NCBI GenBank assembly: GCA_965248575.1
Contig: CBDFJQ010000002.1
Location: forward strand, 2,272,001 to 2,336,000
From: Planctomycetota bacterium
GTDB lineage: Bacteria > Planctomycetota > B15-G4
Reading direction: 5' to 3'
DNA: 64,000 bases
In this document: positions 29,639-38,742 of the stretch, piece after piece
How the letters are laid out: each line of letters starts with the position of its first letter
Position numbering within the stretch: the stretch's first letter is position 1
Position numbers and translations under genes: made by a program
The notes under the pieces: generated by a model
The model's database searches: none
What the model was told of the DNA's origin: nothing
Seen by the model: the letters and a program-made list of their open reading frames with translations, nothing else

Positions 29639-32461
29639 TCAACCTGGCTCGACAGATCGAGCAGAACGCGCTTGCTGAACCCACTTGCTGAACTGACCCG
29701 CCAGCAGGGGGATCAAAGCGCAGGCGAGCACGATCAGCGCATCGGAACCCGAGATCACCTGCACGCCCAGCACCTCACGTAGGGCAGGAACCTGGACAGC
29801 CGCCACCATGAGACCCACGGAGAGGCCGAGCCCCGCGGTCATCCAGGGATTGCTCCAGAGTCGGCGCGAGAACAGGACCGGGAGTTTGGTGCGCGCATTC
29901 AGGGCGTGCAACAACTGAGCCATGGCAACGACCAGGAACGCCATGCTGGCAGGGCGCCTGCTTCCCTCCGGGCTCGTGGACAGAGCCCAGGCGAAGACCG
30001 AGAGACTCACCGCCGTGATCAAGGCGGCATAGAGACCCACGCACCACATGAAGGAACCCGAGAGGATCCGCCGAGACGGATCGCGGGGAGGTCGACGCAT
30101 CACGTCCGACTCGGCGGGCTCGAGTGCCAGAGCCAGGGCCGGGAACACATCCGAGACGAGGTTGATCCACAGGATCTGCAGCGGGAGTAGCGGCAGAGGC
30201 CAGCCCACCAGGCTGGCGAGGAACAGCACCAGGATCTCCGACAGATTGCTCGAGAACAGATAGAACACGAACTTGCGGATGTTGTCGTCGATGACGCGCC
30301 CGCCTGCGACGGCAATCGCCACCGTCTGCAAGCGATCGTCTGCCAGCACCACATCGGCGGTCTCGCGCGCAATGTCCGTGCCACGCTTGCCCATGGCCAC
30401 ACCCACGTCGGCTCCCTTGAGCGCGGGGGCATCGTTGACGCCGTCCCCCAGCATGCCCACCACGGCCCCGCTGCTCTGCAGACCCTGGACGATGCGCAGC
30501 TTCTGTTCGGGGGACGTGCGGCTCAGCACGGCCACGTCTTTCAAGGCTGCCGCCAGCTGCTCTTCGGACAGCGCTTCAATCTCAGAGCCTTCGAGTGAGC
30601 TTTCCTCTCCTCGCAGTACACCCAGCTGACGCGCCACGGCCACGGCCGTCCGCTCTTGATCGCCCGTGATCATGATCGTGCGGATACCCGCCCGCCGGAG
30701 CTCGTCCACCGTTTGCTTGACGCCCTCCGTTGGCGGGTCCATGAGGCCGACATGGCCCACGAACACCAGATCGTTCAGGGCGCCCGGACCCATCTCTGCG
30801 TCTGCCGGAAGCTCGCGAACGGCCAAGGCCAGCACACGCAACCCAGCGTCTGCCAACTGATCGTTCTCCGTTGCCAGCTGCCGCCGGGTGGAGTCCGTCA
30901 GGGCTTGCTCTCCCTGCGCCCCAAGCCGGAACCCACACACATCGAGCACCCGCTGAGGAGCACCCTTCACGGCCAGCAGCAGACCTCCGCCCGGCTGTCC
31001 ATGGAAGCTCCCCATGAGCATGCGCTCACTGGAGAAGGGCACTTCGCCCAACTCGGGTCGCTCTTCCAACAACTCCTCGCGCCGCACGCCTGCCGAGGCT
31101 GCCATGACCAGCAACGCTGCCTCGGTGGGGTCGCCTTCGATGCCGTCCGCCACCGTGAGCCGAGCGCGATTCGCCAGCGCACTCACTTCTAGCGCCACGC
31201 GCAGAGACTTGTCGGCGCAGGGATCGAGCGGCGTGCCCTCTTCGAGGAACTCGGCGTTGCATGCATAGCCGCGGCCCGTAAGCTGCAACTGTCTTTCAGC
31301 CACGCACAGGCGGGTGGCTGTCATCTCGCCGGCCGTGAGAGTGCCGGTCTTGTCCGTGCATACCACCGTCACCGACCCCAAAGCCTCCACGGCATTCAGG
31401 CGCCGCACCAGAGCCGAGCGTTTGGCCATGCGGCGCATGCCTACCGCGAGGGCGATCACCGCCACGACGGGCAGCCCCTCCGGCACGGCGGCCACGGCCA
31501 AGGCGATGCCCGTTTCGAGCATCAGCCAAGGGTCGCCCCCGCGCAGCAGACCGGTGATGACCACCACACCCACAACACCCAAGGTAAGGCCCACCAGGCG
31601 CCTACCCAGCTGCTCGAGGCGGCGTTCCAGAGGAGTCTGCTCGTCCGGAGTGCGCTGCACAAGTTCGCTGATGCGACCCACCTCAGTCTCGATCCCGATC
31701 GCAACCACGATCCCGAGCCCGGTCCCACGCACGACCAGCGCACCCTTGTAAGCCATGCAGGATCGTTCGGGCAGCAGCGCGTCACCCGCCACCGCCTCAG
31801 TCTGCTTGTCCACCGGCACGGACTCTCCGGTCAAGGCCGACTCGTTCAGGGTCAACTCGGTGGTTCGCAGCAAGCGGACGTCGGCGGGCACCGCATCTCC
31901 TGGCTCCAACAGCACCAAGTCACCCGGCACGAGCTCCCGGGCGTCCAGGATCTGTTCGCGTCCGTCGCGCAGCACCGTGGCTTGGGGTGCGTCCAGGGAT
32001 CGCAGCGCTTCCACGGACTTGCGCGCGCGCCATTCAGTACCGAATCCAATCGCAATGTTGAGCACCAGCACCACGGCGATAGCGCCAGCATCGAAGGGAT
32101 CTCCCAGGCTGACCGAGACGAGCGCAGCCACTGCCAGCAAGGCCACGATCAGGCTCCGCATCTGGTCCAGCAGCAAGCTCCAGGCGGAACAAGGGGGCGC
32201 CAGCAGCAGCGCATTGCGCCCTGACACGAGTCTCCGAGCCGGCACCTCGCGCGAGCTCAAGCCATGCTCCGTGCTGCTCAGTTGCTCCAACACCTGCGCA
32301 GTCGGAACGGAATGACTGTCCGGAAGCCCGGGCAGAAAGGCCGAAAGCAGAGAGCCTGCGGAATGCTTGGGAGTGAGCAAGCGGGCGTCCAACTGGGGGA
32401 CGGCTGACCGACACCGATGGCACGAAGGGCTGTGCACAAAGCATAGCCTTGCATGGCTCAA
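29639..32461 (-). CDS. P-type (P2A, Ca2+-type) cation-transporting ATPase
   Basis: LTGES, VPEGLP, DKTGTLT, KGAP, MITGD, GDGVNDAPAL, SSNLSE, LWINLVSD. True start probably downstream of 32461. Confidence 0.93.
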   Translation of the reverse strand: MSHARLCFVHSPSCHRCRSAVPQLDARLLTPKHSAGSLLSAFLPGLPDSHSVPTAQVLEQLSSTEHGLSSREVPARRLVSGRNALLLAPPCSAWSLLLDQMRSLIVALLAVAALVSVSLGDPFDAGAIAVVLVLNIAIGFGTEWRARKSVEALRSLDAPQATVLRDGREQILDARELVPGDLVLLEPGDAVPADVRLLRTTELTLNESALTGESVPVDKQTEAVAGDALLPERSCMAYKGALVVRGTGLGIVVAIGIETEVGRISELVQRTPDEQTPLERRLEQLGRRLVGLTLGVVGVVVITGLLRGGDPWLMLETGIALAVAAVPEGLPVVAVIALAVGMRRMAKRSALVRRLNAVEALGSVTVVCTDKTGTLTAGEMTATRLCVAERQLQLTGRGYACNAEFLEEGTPLDPCADKSLRVALEVSALANRARLTVADGIEGDPTEAALLVMAASAGVRREELLEERPELGEVPFSSERMLMGSFHGQPGGGLLLAVKGAPQRVLDVCGFRLGAQGEQALTDSTRRQLATENDQLADAGLRVLALAVRELPADAEMGPGALNDLVFVGHVGLMDPPTEGVKQTVDELRRAGIRTIMITGDQERTAVAVARQLGVLRGEESSLEGSEIEALSEEQLAAALKDVAVLSRTSPEQKLRIVQGLQSSGAVVGMLGDGVNDAPALKGADVGVAMGKRGTDIARETADVVLADDRLQTVAIAVAGGRVIDDNIRKFVFYLFSSNLSEILVLFLASLVGWPLPLLPLQILWINLVSDVFPALALALEPAESDVMRRPPRDPSRRILSGSFMWCVGLYAALITAVSLSVFAWALSTSPEGSRRPASMAFLVVAMAQLLHALNARTKLPVLFSRRLWSNPWMTAGLGLSVGLMVAAVQVPALREVLGVQVISGSDALIVLACALIPLLAGQFSKWVQQARSARSVEPG

Positions 32462-32580
32462 GAGCGCCTACGCACACAGCGGGCAGTCACTACCGTTCCT
32501 GGCGAGGTCCAGCAGCTCGCCCGTAGGCCTATGCTGGCCCTGCGACGGCGTGCCGATTCCGCACTCACCGGAGAGACAGG

Positions 32581-33495
32581 ATGCAGAGGCTCCTGCTGGC
32601 CATCGATGGTTCTGCACACACCGCTGCGGCACTGGACTTGTTGCAGAGGCTGCCCCTGCCGGCGGACTGCGAACTGATCCTGCTGTGCGTCGTGGAAACC
32701 CCAGACCCAAGCCATGCCCTGGTGAGTGCTGGCCCCGATGCGACCCAGGTCTTTGACGACTTGCGCTTGACGCTGCGTGGTGAAGCCGAGGAACTGCTGA
32801 GTCAGTGTGCGTTGCAGATCGAGTCGAAGGCCTGGTCGGTCACGACAGAAATCCGAGAGGGAGTGCCGGCTGAACAGATCACGGAGGCGGCCAGCGAGTT
32901 GGACGTCGACCTCCTGGTGCTTGGATCGCTGGGGTGCACCGGCCACGGGCGCTTCCTCCTGGGTGGGGTTTCCAAGCGGGTGCTGCACGAGTTCGGGTGC
33001 TCGGTGCTGGTCGTGAGACCCCCGGCGAATGCCGAGCCAAACGGAAACGGGTCCCAAGATGTGCTGCGCCTGCTTTTGGCCTACGACGGGTCTCCCAACT
33101 CGCAGGCCGCCGTCCAGTCCCTCGCCTCCCTGCCGCTAGGCGAGCACGTGGAACTCACCGTGCTGACGGTGTTGACGGTGGCCACCAAGTTGTTCAGGAA
33201 GGACATTGCCGAACGGCTGAGCGAGGAGTGGCAACACTACAAGGCACAGGCGCAACAACAGCAGGAAGACGTGTCTGAACAACTGCGGCCCACCAAGGCG
33301 CAGATCACGATGCGCTTGATGGATGGCGGCGTGGACGCCAGCGACGAGCTCTTGAACGCCGCTGAACTGTTGAGCACGGACATCGTCGTGCTCGGGCACT
33401 CCTGCGCGACGCGCCTGGAGCGTTTGCTGGTGGGAAGCCTGCCGAGCCGGCTCGTGGAGTACGCGCCATGCTCGGTCTGGGTCGTGCGTGCCTGA
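32581..33495 (+). CDS. Tandem universal stress protein (2 USP domains)
   Basis: LLLAIDGS...DLLVLGSLG..FLLGGVS..CSVLVVR, and LLLAYDGS...LLVGS..CSVWVVR. Confidence 0.92.
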   Translation: MQRLLLAIDGSAHTAAALDLLQRLPLPADCELILLCVVETPDPSHALVSAGPDATQVFDDLRLTLRGEAEELLSQCALQIESKAWSVTTEIREGVPAEQITEAASELDVDLLVLGSLGCTGHGRFLLGGVSKRVLHEFGCSVLVVRPPANAEPNGNGSQDVLRLLLAYDGSPNSQAAVQSLASLPLGEHVELTVLTVLTVATKLFRKDIAERLSEEWQHYKAQAQQQQEDVSEQLRPTKAQITMRLMDGGVDASDELLNAAELLSTDIVVLGHSCATRLERLLVGSLPSRLVEYAPCSVWVVRA

Positions 33496-34514
33496 TGATC
33501 GCCGCCGGGACCCCCACCGGCTTCGCTCCTGGCTTCCCCCTCTGGGCCAACTGGATCCTGGTGGTCGTCACCATCGGCCTGATTGCCAAGGGAGCGCAAT
33601 GGGTGGTGGATTCCTCCTCGCGCCTCGCCCGACACCTGGGCATGAGCGACCTGATGGTCGGCCTCACCATCGTGGCCTTGGGCACCTCCGCGCCCGAGTT
33701 CGCCGTCACCCTGGTCTCTGCCTTTCGGCAGCAAGGCGACATCTCGGTCGGCAATGTCGTCGGCTCCAACATCTTCAACCTGGGCTTCATCCTGGGGGGA
33801 TGCGCGCTCATCCGAACGATTCCCATCTCCGATTCGTTGCTGCGACGGGACGTGCCCGTGTTGCTCGGCGCCAGTCTCGGCCTGGCACTGCTGGTGGGTT
33901 GGGACCTGAGACTGGGGCGCGTAGACGGCCTGCTCTTGCTGCTTGGGTTGACGGTCTACATGACCAGTCTCTATCGGCGGCACACCCGCACGACGGCTCG
34001 TCGCGACGAGAAAGAAGCTGCAGTGGAAGCGCCCACGCCCCCCATCGAAGCCAAGCGCGTGGCGGGCCCTGGCGTGCTCGCCGATGCGGTGCGCCTAGCG
34101 CTGGGCCTGATCGCCGTGATCGGCGGCGCCCACCTGCTCGTGCAGTCGGCCAGTTCCATAGCGCGGGCTTTCGGATGGAGTGATTGGCTGATTGCCGTGA
34201 CCATCGTCGCCGCCGGAACCTCGGCCCCGGAGTTGGCCACCAGTCTCGTGGCCGTGCTGAAAGGCCGCTTCGCCCTCAGCGCTGGCAACCTCGTGGGCAG
34301 CGACCTGTTCAACCTGCTGGGCGTCCTGGGCTTGGCGGGCGCTGTGCGCCCGGTGGATGTGGAAGTCGGGGCGCGCGTCTCGCTGGCTGGTGTCAGCGCC
34401 ATGGTGCTGCTGGTTCTGCTGCTCATGCGCCACGGAGGACGGCTCACACGCAGGGACGGCTTCCTGCTGTGCATTGCGGCCGTGGTTCGCTTGGCCCTCG
34501 ATTACGGCGCGTAG
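33495..34514 (+). CDS. Ca2+/cation antiporter (CaCA, YrbG-like)
   Basis: Alpha repeats GTSAPEF...GNVVGSNIFN and GTSAPEL...GNLVGSDLFN; TGATG coupling to the USP gene. Confidence 0.9.
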   Translation: MIAAGTPTGFAPGFPLWANWILVVVTIGLIAKGAQWVVDSSSRLARHLGMSDLMVGLTIVALGTSAPEFAVTLVSAFRQQGDISVGNVVGSNIFNLGFILGGCALIRTIPISDSLLRRDVPVLLGASLGLALLVGWDLRLGRVDGLLLLLGLTVYMTSLYRRHTRTTARRDEKEAAVEAPTPPIEAKRVAGPGVLADAVRLALGLIAVIGGAHLLVQSASSIARAFGWSDWLIAVTIVAAGTSAPELATSLVAVLKGRFALSAGNLVGSDLFNLLGVLGLAGAVRPVDVEVGARVSLAGVSAMVLLVLLLMRHGGRLTRRDGFLLCIAAVVRLALDYGA

Positions 34515-34532
34515 GCAGCGGCTGAACGCTCG

Positions 34533-35420
34533 TCAGAACGCCGAGTCGAGGAACAGGACGGACGACATCGGCGCGAGCTCCAGCTGCGTCGATCCGCTCT
34601 CGCGGAACACCGCCTGGAAATGCACGGTGAAACCCTCGATCCCCGGACCCAAGTTGTTTATCGAGAAGTCGACGTCCAGGCTCGAGCCCGCGAGCGCACC
34701 GACGAAGGTCCCGGACGCGGGAACCAACGGGAAGCCGGGCAGGAACACACCGTGCAACCCTGGCAACGGAGGGGCACCCGAAAAGAACGAGGCCCAGACA
34801 AACACCTGGTCCCCCACTTCACCCTCGAACTGGAAGGAGAGCGTCCCTCCCTCACGAATGGGTGAGTCGATCTGCATGGCGCGGCTCGGAATCCCGTAAT
34901 CCGTGAGCAGCGAACCGCCCGTCAGCATGAGATCCGGCGCCGCCACCCCGTTTTCGCCGGCCGCTGGGCAGAACCCGCAGGACCCACCTTGGCCTCCGCC
35001 GCCACCAATGATCATGTCACTGGTCGTGGTCAGCTGCGCTGCGCCGCTGGCACTGATGGCCGGGGCACCATCTCCCCCATCACCGCACCCGCCGCCGGAT
35101 TCACACTGACCCTCGCCGCCAAAGCCGCCCCGCACGAGTCCACCCGAAAAGAACGCGCTCCCACCCTCGATCTCGAGCGCAAAGGAGCCCGGTCCGCCGT
35201 CGCTCTCCGATCCGTCGAGCCCGGAACCACCGCTCCCCCCGAAGACGGAGCAATCAAAGAACGCCACATTGGCGAGTCGGACGAAACACGCGACGTCGCC
35301 CGGCATGCCTCCCGCTGGATGGGCGTCGCCCGGCCTGCCTTGCAGATGGCAACGAGAGAAGACGGTCATGCCGCCGAACCGAACCGAGGCGGCTGTGCTC
35401 GTGCTCTGGCCCGCGGTGGC
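34533..35420 (-). pseudogene. Probably 5'-truncated Gly/Cys-rich secreted protein with C-terminal module
   Basis: Gly-rich GGxGG repeats and a C-terminal module like that of 2..313; no signal peptide; frame closed by TAG at 35421-35423, 17 codons above ATG 35369. Confidence 0.5.
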
Positions 35421-35528
35421 CTACGGCATCGGCCAGCTGAGGCGCGGCGACCGCGGCGCCTACTGGACCCTGGGCGTCAGCCTGGGCTTCCCGTTGGGGA
35501 TGGTGACCCTGATCTTGCACGTGTTCAG

Positions 35529-36629
35529 TTAGCGAACGGTGCGACGTCTGTTGCGCAGAAAGTCCACCAACACGAACGAACCCAGTTGGCCCGGCGCCGA
35601 GTAGTACGCCCGCCCGTGGTTGATCTCGGTGAAACGCTCAATGAACTCCTCCAGAACCGGATCGTTGGTGAGCATGAAGGTCGTGACCGGAATGTTCAGT
35701 CGTCGGCAGTTGGCCGCCTCGTCGAGGGTCTTGTTCACCACCCGCTCGTCGAGCCCGAAGGGGTTCTTGTAGATGCTGCCGTCGCGCTCCGTGAGCGCCG
35801 AAGGCTTGCCATCGGTGATCATGAAGATCTGCCGATTGACCTGCCGCCGAGAGCGCAGCAGGTCTTGGGCCAGGCGCAAGCCGTCCCGGGTGTTTGTGTG
35901 ATACGGCCCGACGGAAATGTAGGCCAGGTCGTCCATGCTGACGCGAACGGCCTCGTCTCCGAACAGCACGACGTCGAGCGAGTCCTTGGGGTAGCGCGTC
36001 GTGATCAACTCGGCCAGGGCCAGGGCGACCTTCTTGGCAGGCGTGATCCGGTCTTCGCCGTAGAGGATCATGCTGTGGCTGATGTCCACCAGCATCACCG
36101 TGGCACAGGAAGAGAGGTGCTCCGTCTCGAAGACTTGCAGGTCCTGCTCCGTGATGGAGAGGTCCTGAATCCCTGCGCGCTGGATGGCGTTCTTGAGCGT
36201 GCCCGGGCCGTCCAGGAGATCGACGGCATCCCCGAATTCATACGGGCGCGTCTCAGGCAGCCGCTCGGCGCCCTGCCCCTGGCGCGGCACGCGATGGTCA
36301 CCGCGAGCATCGCCTTGGAGCGAGGAGAAGATGGCGTCCAGGGACTCGGTGCGGATGACCCGCTCACCCTTGGACGTGAGGGCGAGCTTTCCCTTAGCGC
36401 CTCGGGCGACGGTGCGGTCCCGCTCGAGAATCTCCCGGAACTCCTCGATGGAGAAGCGCTCCGTCCACACACCGTGTCGCTCGCCGATCTGGTCGAGCCA
36501 CCTCAGGGCCTCCTCGACGTCTCCCCCGGTGCGCAGCAACAGCTCGTTGAACACACGACGCAGCTCACCCAGCAGATCCCGAAAGCGCCCCAGCTCGGGG
36601 TCGTAGCGTTGGTAGCGGAAGTCAGCCAT
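35529..36629 (-). CDS. VWA (MIDAS) domain protein, partner of the AAA+ ATPase
   Basis: MIDAS DISHS, GPYHTNT, MITDGKPS. Confidence 0.9.
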   Translation of the reverse strand: MADFRYQRYDPELGRFRDLLGELRRVFNELLLRTGGDVEEALRWLDQIGERHGVWTERFSIEEFREILERDRTVARGAKGKLALTSKGERVIRTESLDAIFSSLQGDARGDHRVPRQGQGAERLPETRPYEFGDAVDLLDGPGTLKNAIQRAGIQDLSITEQDLQVFETEHLSSCATVMLVDISHSMILYGEDRITPAKKVALALAELITTRYPKDSLDVVLFGDEAVRVSMDDLAYISVGPYHTNTRDGLRLAQDLLRSRRQVNRQIFMITDGKPSALTERDGSIYKNPFGLDERVVNKTLDEAANCRRLNIPVTTFMLTNDPVLEEFIERFTEINHGRAYYSAPGQLGSFVLVDFLRNRRRTVR

Positions 36630-36638
36630 CGTGCGCGA

Positions 36639-38186
36639 TCAGTCCGCGAGGCTCTTGGCCATTTCGTCGAAGGGGTCGCTGTAGGTGCGCCCCGCGATCA
36701 ACTCCTGCTTGGAGAGCAAGGAGCTCTGGTGCAGGCCTTCGAGAATGAACTCCATCCCAGCCGTCAGGAGCTCACGGCGGGAGCCCTCCTCGGCGAGCTC
36801 GGCATCCTGCATCAAGTGCGTCTGCGCGAGCTGTTCCAGCCCTGATACAGAACTCAAGGTCTCCAACATCGAACCCGTGTCCAACTCATCGGACACGTCC
36901 AAGGTTGCGCCGTTCCGGAAAAACTCGAGGCAGGGCGCATAGTCGCTCGCCGCATCAGCCTCGCGCGGCACATTGGGGTCGGGCTTGCCCTTGGGCGTCT
37001 TGTCTCCGCCCGGTGCAAAGGCGTTGGGCAAGTGCCCATCGAAGATCGTCTTCACCGCACGCCCCAAGAGGTGCAGGGCGACATTTGCAGCGCCTTCCCG
37101 CTCCCCCTCGTAGACCAGCTCGACCTTGCCGGTGATGGCCGAGAGGGCACCGAAGAGGTCGCAGACCCGTGTGGCCGCCTGCGTCGCACCGGTCAGCATC
37201 GCCCGCCGCTCGGCGCCGGACACGAGATTCTCCAGGAGGGAGATCGTCATGCGCGCACTGATGCCCGAGTTCTGGTCGATGAACTCACTCTGCCGACCCT
37301 CGAAGGCGACCTGGTCCACCAGTTCACGCATCCAGGCCGGGACCAGCACCTCCACGTCCCCCGCGCGTTCCACCCAAGCCTCCTGCGCCGTGATCGCCAT
37401 GCCTTCCTCGAGCGTGCGCGGGTAGTGCGTGAGGATCTGCGACGCGATGCGATCGCGCAGGGGGGTGATGATGTTGCCGCGGTTGGTGTAGTCCTCCGGG
37501 TTGGCGGAGAAGACCAGCAGCGTGTCGAGCGGCAGGCGCAGCGGAAAGCCCCGGATCTGGATGTCACCCTCTTCGAGGATGTTCAGCAACCCCACCTGGA
37601 TCCGGGCCTGCAAGTCTGGCAACTCGTTGATGGCGAAGAGGCCGCGGTTCGTGCGGGGGATGATGCCGTAATGGATCACCCCCTCGTCGGCGAAGTCGAG
37701 CTTGCGCGTCGCCGCCTTGACGGGATCGATGTCGCCGATCAGGTCGGAGATCGAGACGTCGGGCGTCGCCAGCTTCTCCCGGTAGCGATCCTCCCGCGTC
37801 AGCCAGGCGATGGGTGCGTCATCACCAGCCTCTAACAGCAGACGCTTCCCGAAGGGGCTGATGGGTGCGAAGGGGTCGTCGTTCAACTCGCTGCCGTCCA
37901 GGATCGGCAAGACCTCATCCAGGAGCGACGGCAGGGCACGCAGGATGCGCGTCTTGGCCTGGCCCCGGAGGCCGAGCAGGATGAAATCATGGCGAGAGAG
38001 GATGGCCTTCTGGATGGCCGGGATCACCGTCCGGTCGTAGCCCACCAGCCCCGGGAAGACTGGCTGTCCCGAACGCAGCTTGGCGATCAGGTTGGCCCGC
38101 AGCTCATCGCGCACGCTGCGCGACCTCCACCCTTGAGCCTTGAGCTCCGCGAGCGTTCGTGCAGGGACAAGACGGTCAGGACACAT
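36639..38186 (-). CDS. ChlI/MoxR-like AAA+ ATPase (Mg-chelatase-related)
   Basis: GLRGQAKT Walker A, LIGDIDP, FAINELPDL Walker B variant, SANPEDYTNRG, LRDRI. Confidence 0.9.
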   Translation of the reverse strand: MCPDRLVPARTLAELKAQGWRSRSVRDELRANLIAKLRSGQPVFPGLVGYDRTVIPAIQKAILSRHDFILLGLRGQAKTRILRALPSLLDEVLPILDGSELNDDPFAPISPFGKRLLLEAGDDAPIAWLTREDRYREKLATPDVSISDLIGDIDPVKAATRKLDFADEGVIHYGIIPRTNRGLFAINELPDLQARIQVGLLNILEEGDIQIRGFPLRLPLDTLLVFSANPEDYTNRGNIITPLRDRIASQILTHYPRTLEEGMAITAQEAWVERAGDVEVLVPAWMRELVDQVAFEGRQSEFIDQNSGISARMTISLLENLVSGAERRAMLTGATQAATRVCDLFGALSAITGKVELVYEGEREGAANVALHLLGRAVKTIFDGHLPNAFAPGGDKTPKGKPDPNVPREADAASDYAPCLEFFRNGATLDVSDELDTGSMLETLSSVSGLEQLAQTHLMQDAELAEEGSRRELLTAGMEFILEGLHQSSLLSKQELIAGRTYSDPFDEMAKSLAD

Positions 38187-38296
38187 GGTGAAGGCTCAGT
38201 CAGGGAGGGGGCGCGCGCTCACGCTGCGTGACGATAGCGCGGCCCCTGCCGACGCGTCGACCTAAGTCGGACGTTTTCGCCGGACTCCCAGATCAG

Positions 38297-38354
38297 CGAC
38301 GCGCCGACCAGCCCCAGGCAAGATCATGATCACCTCGGACTGGTCAGCGCGGCG
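38297..38354 (-). terminator. Long imperfect hairpin just downstream of the small cytochrome-like gene
   Basis: 22-bp arms (38297-38318 and 38333-38354) with 4 mismatches; loop contains GATCATGATC. Confidence 0.4.
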
Positions 38355-38370
38355 CCCAGACAGACGCTCT

Positions 38371-38721
38371 CTAGTTCGGGCAGCCCGCGTCGATCCATGC
38401 GGCCAGGGATGTGATCACTTCAGACTGCGGTGGCGTGGCGCTGTTGTAGGGCGGTGAAGGCTGGGGCATCTGCCCAAAGTCATCCGCATACTGCCCCGTA
38501 CCCGAGAGTATCTGGACAATGGCGGAGCTCTTCGAGTCGCCCTTCACGAGAATCTGGACCACCGGGTAGCTCGGCGGCAGCGGCACATTGCCAGTCGTGA
38601 ACTGCTCGTAGGTCATCGTGTTCCAGAACGACTTGTGCGGCGCACTCCCGATGGGGACCCCCGCAGAGGCGACAAATTTGCTGAGCATGTCCTGAACATC
38701 TTTGTAGTTGTTGAGTGTCAT
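38371..38721 (-). CDS. Small cytochrome-c-fold-like protein lacking CxxCH
   Basis: LVKGDSKSSAIVQIL...QMP...EVITSLAAWIDAG resembles the C-half of planctomycete-type cytochrome c domains; no signal peptide. Confidence 0.65.
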   Translation of the reverse strand: MTLNNYKDVQDMLSKFVASAGVPIGSAPHKSFWNTMTYEQFTTGNVPLPPSYPVVQILVKGDSKSSAIVQILSGTGQYADDFGQMPQPSPPYNSATPPQSEVITSLAAWIDAGCPN

Positions 38722-38742
38722 GGTTCCCCCAGTGAAGAGTGA

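Noticed and set aside
36639..38186. True magnesium chelatase / photosynthesis gene
   Set aside because: No bchH/bchD or other pigment genes; this is the widespread AAA+/VWA pair.
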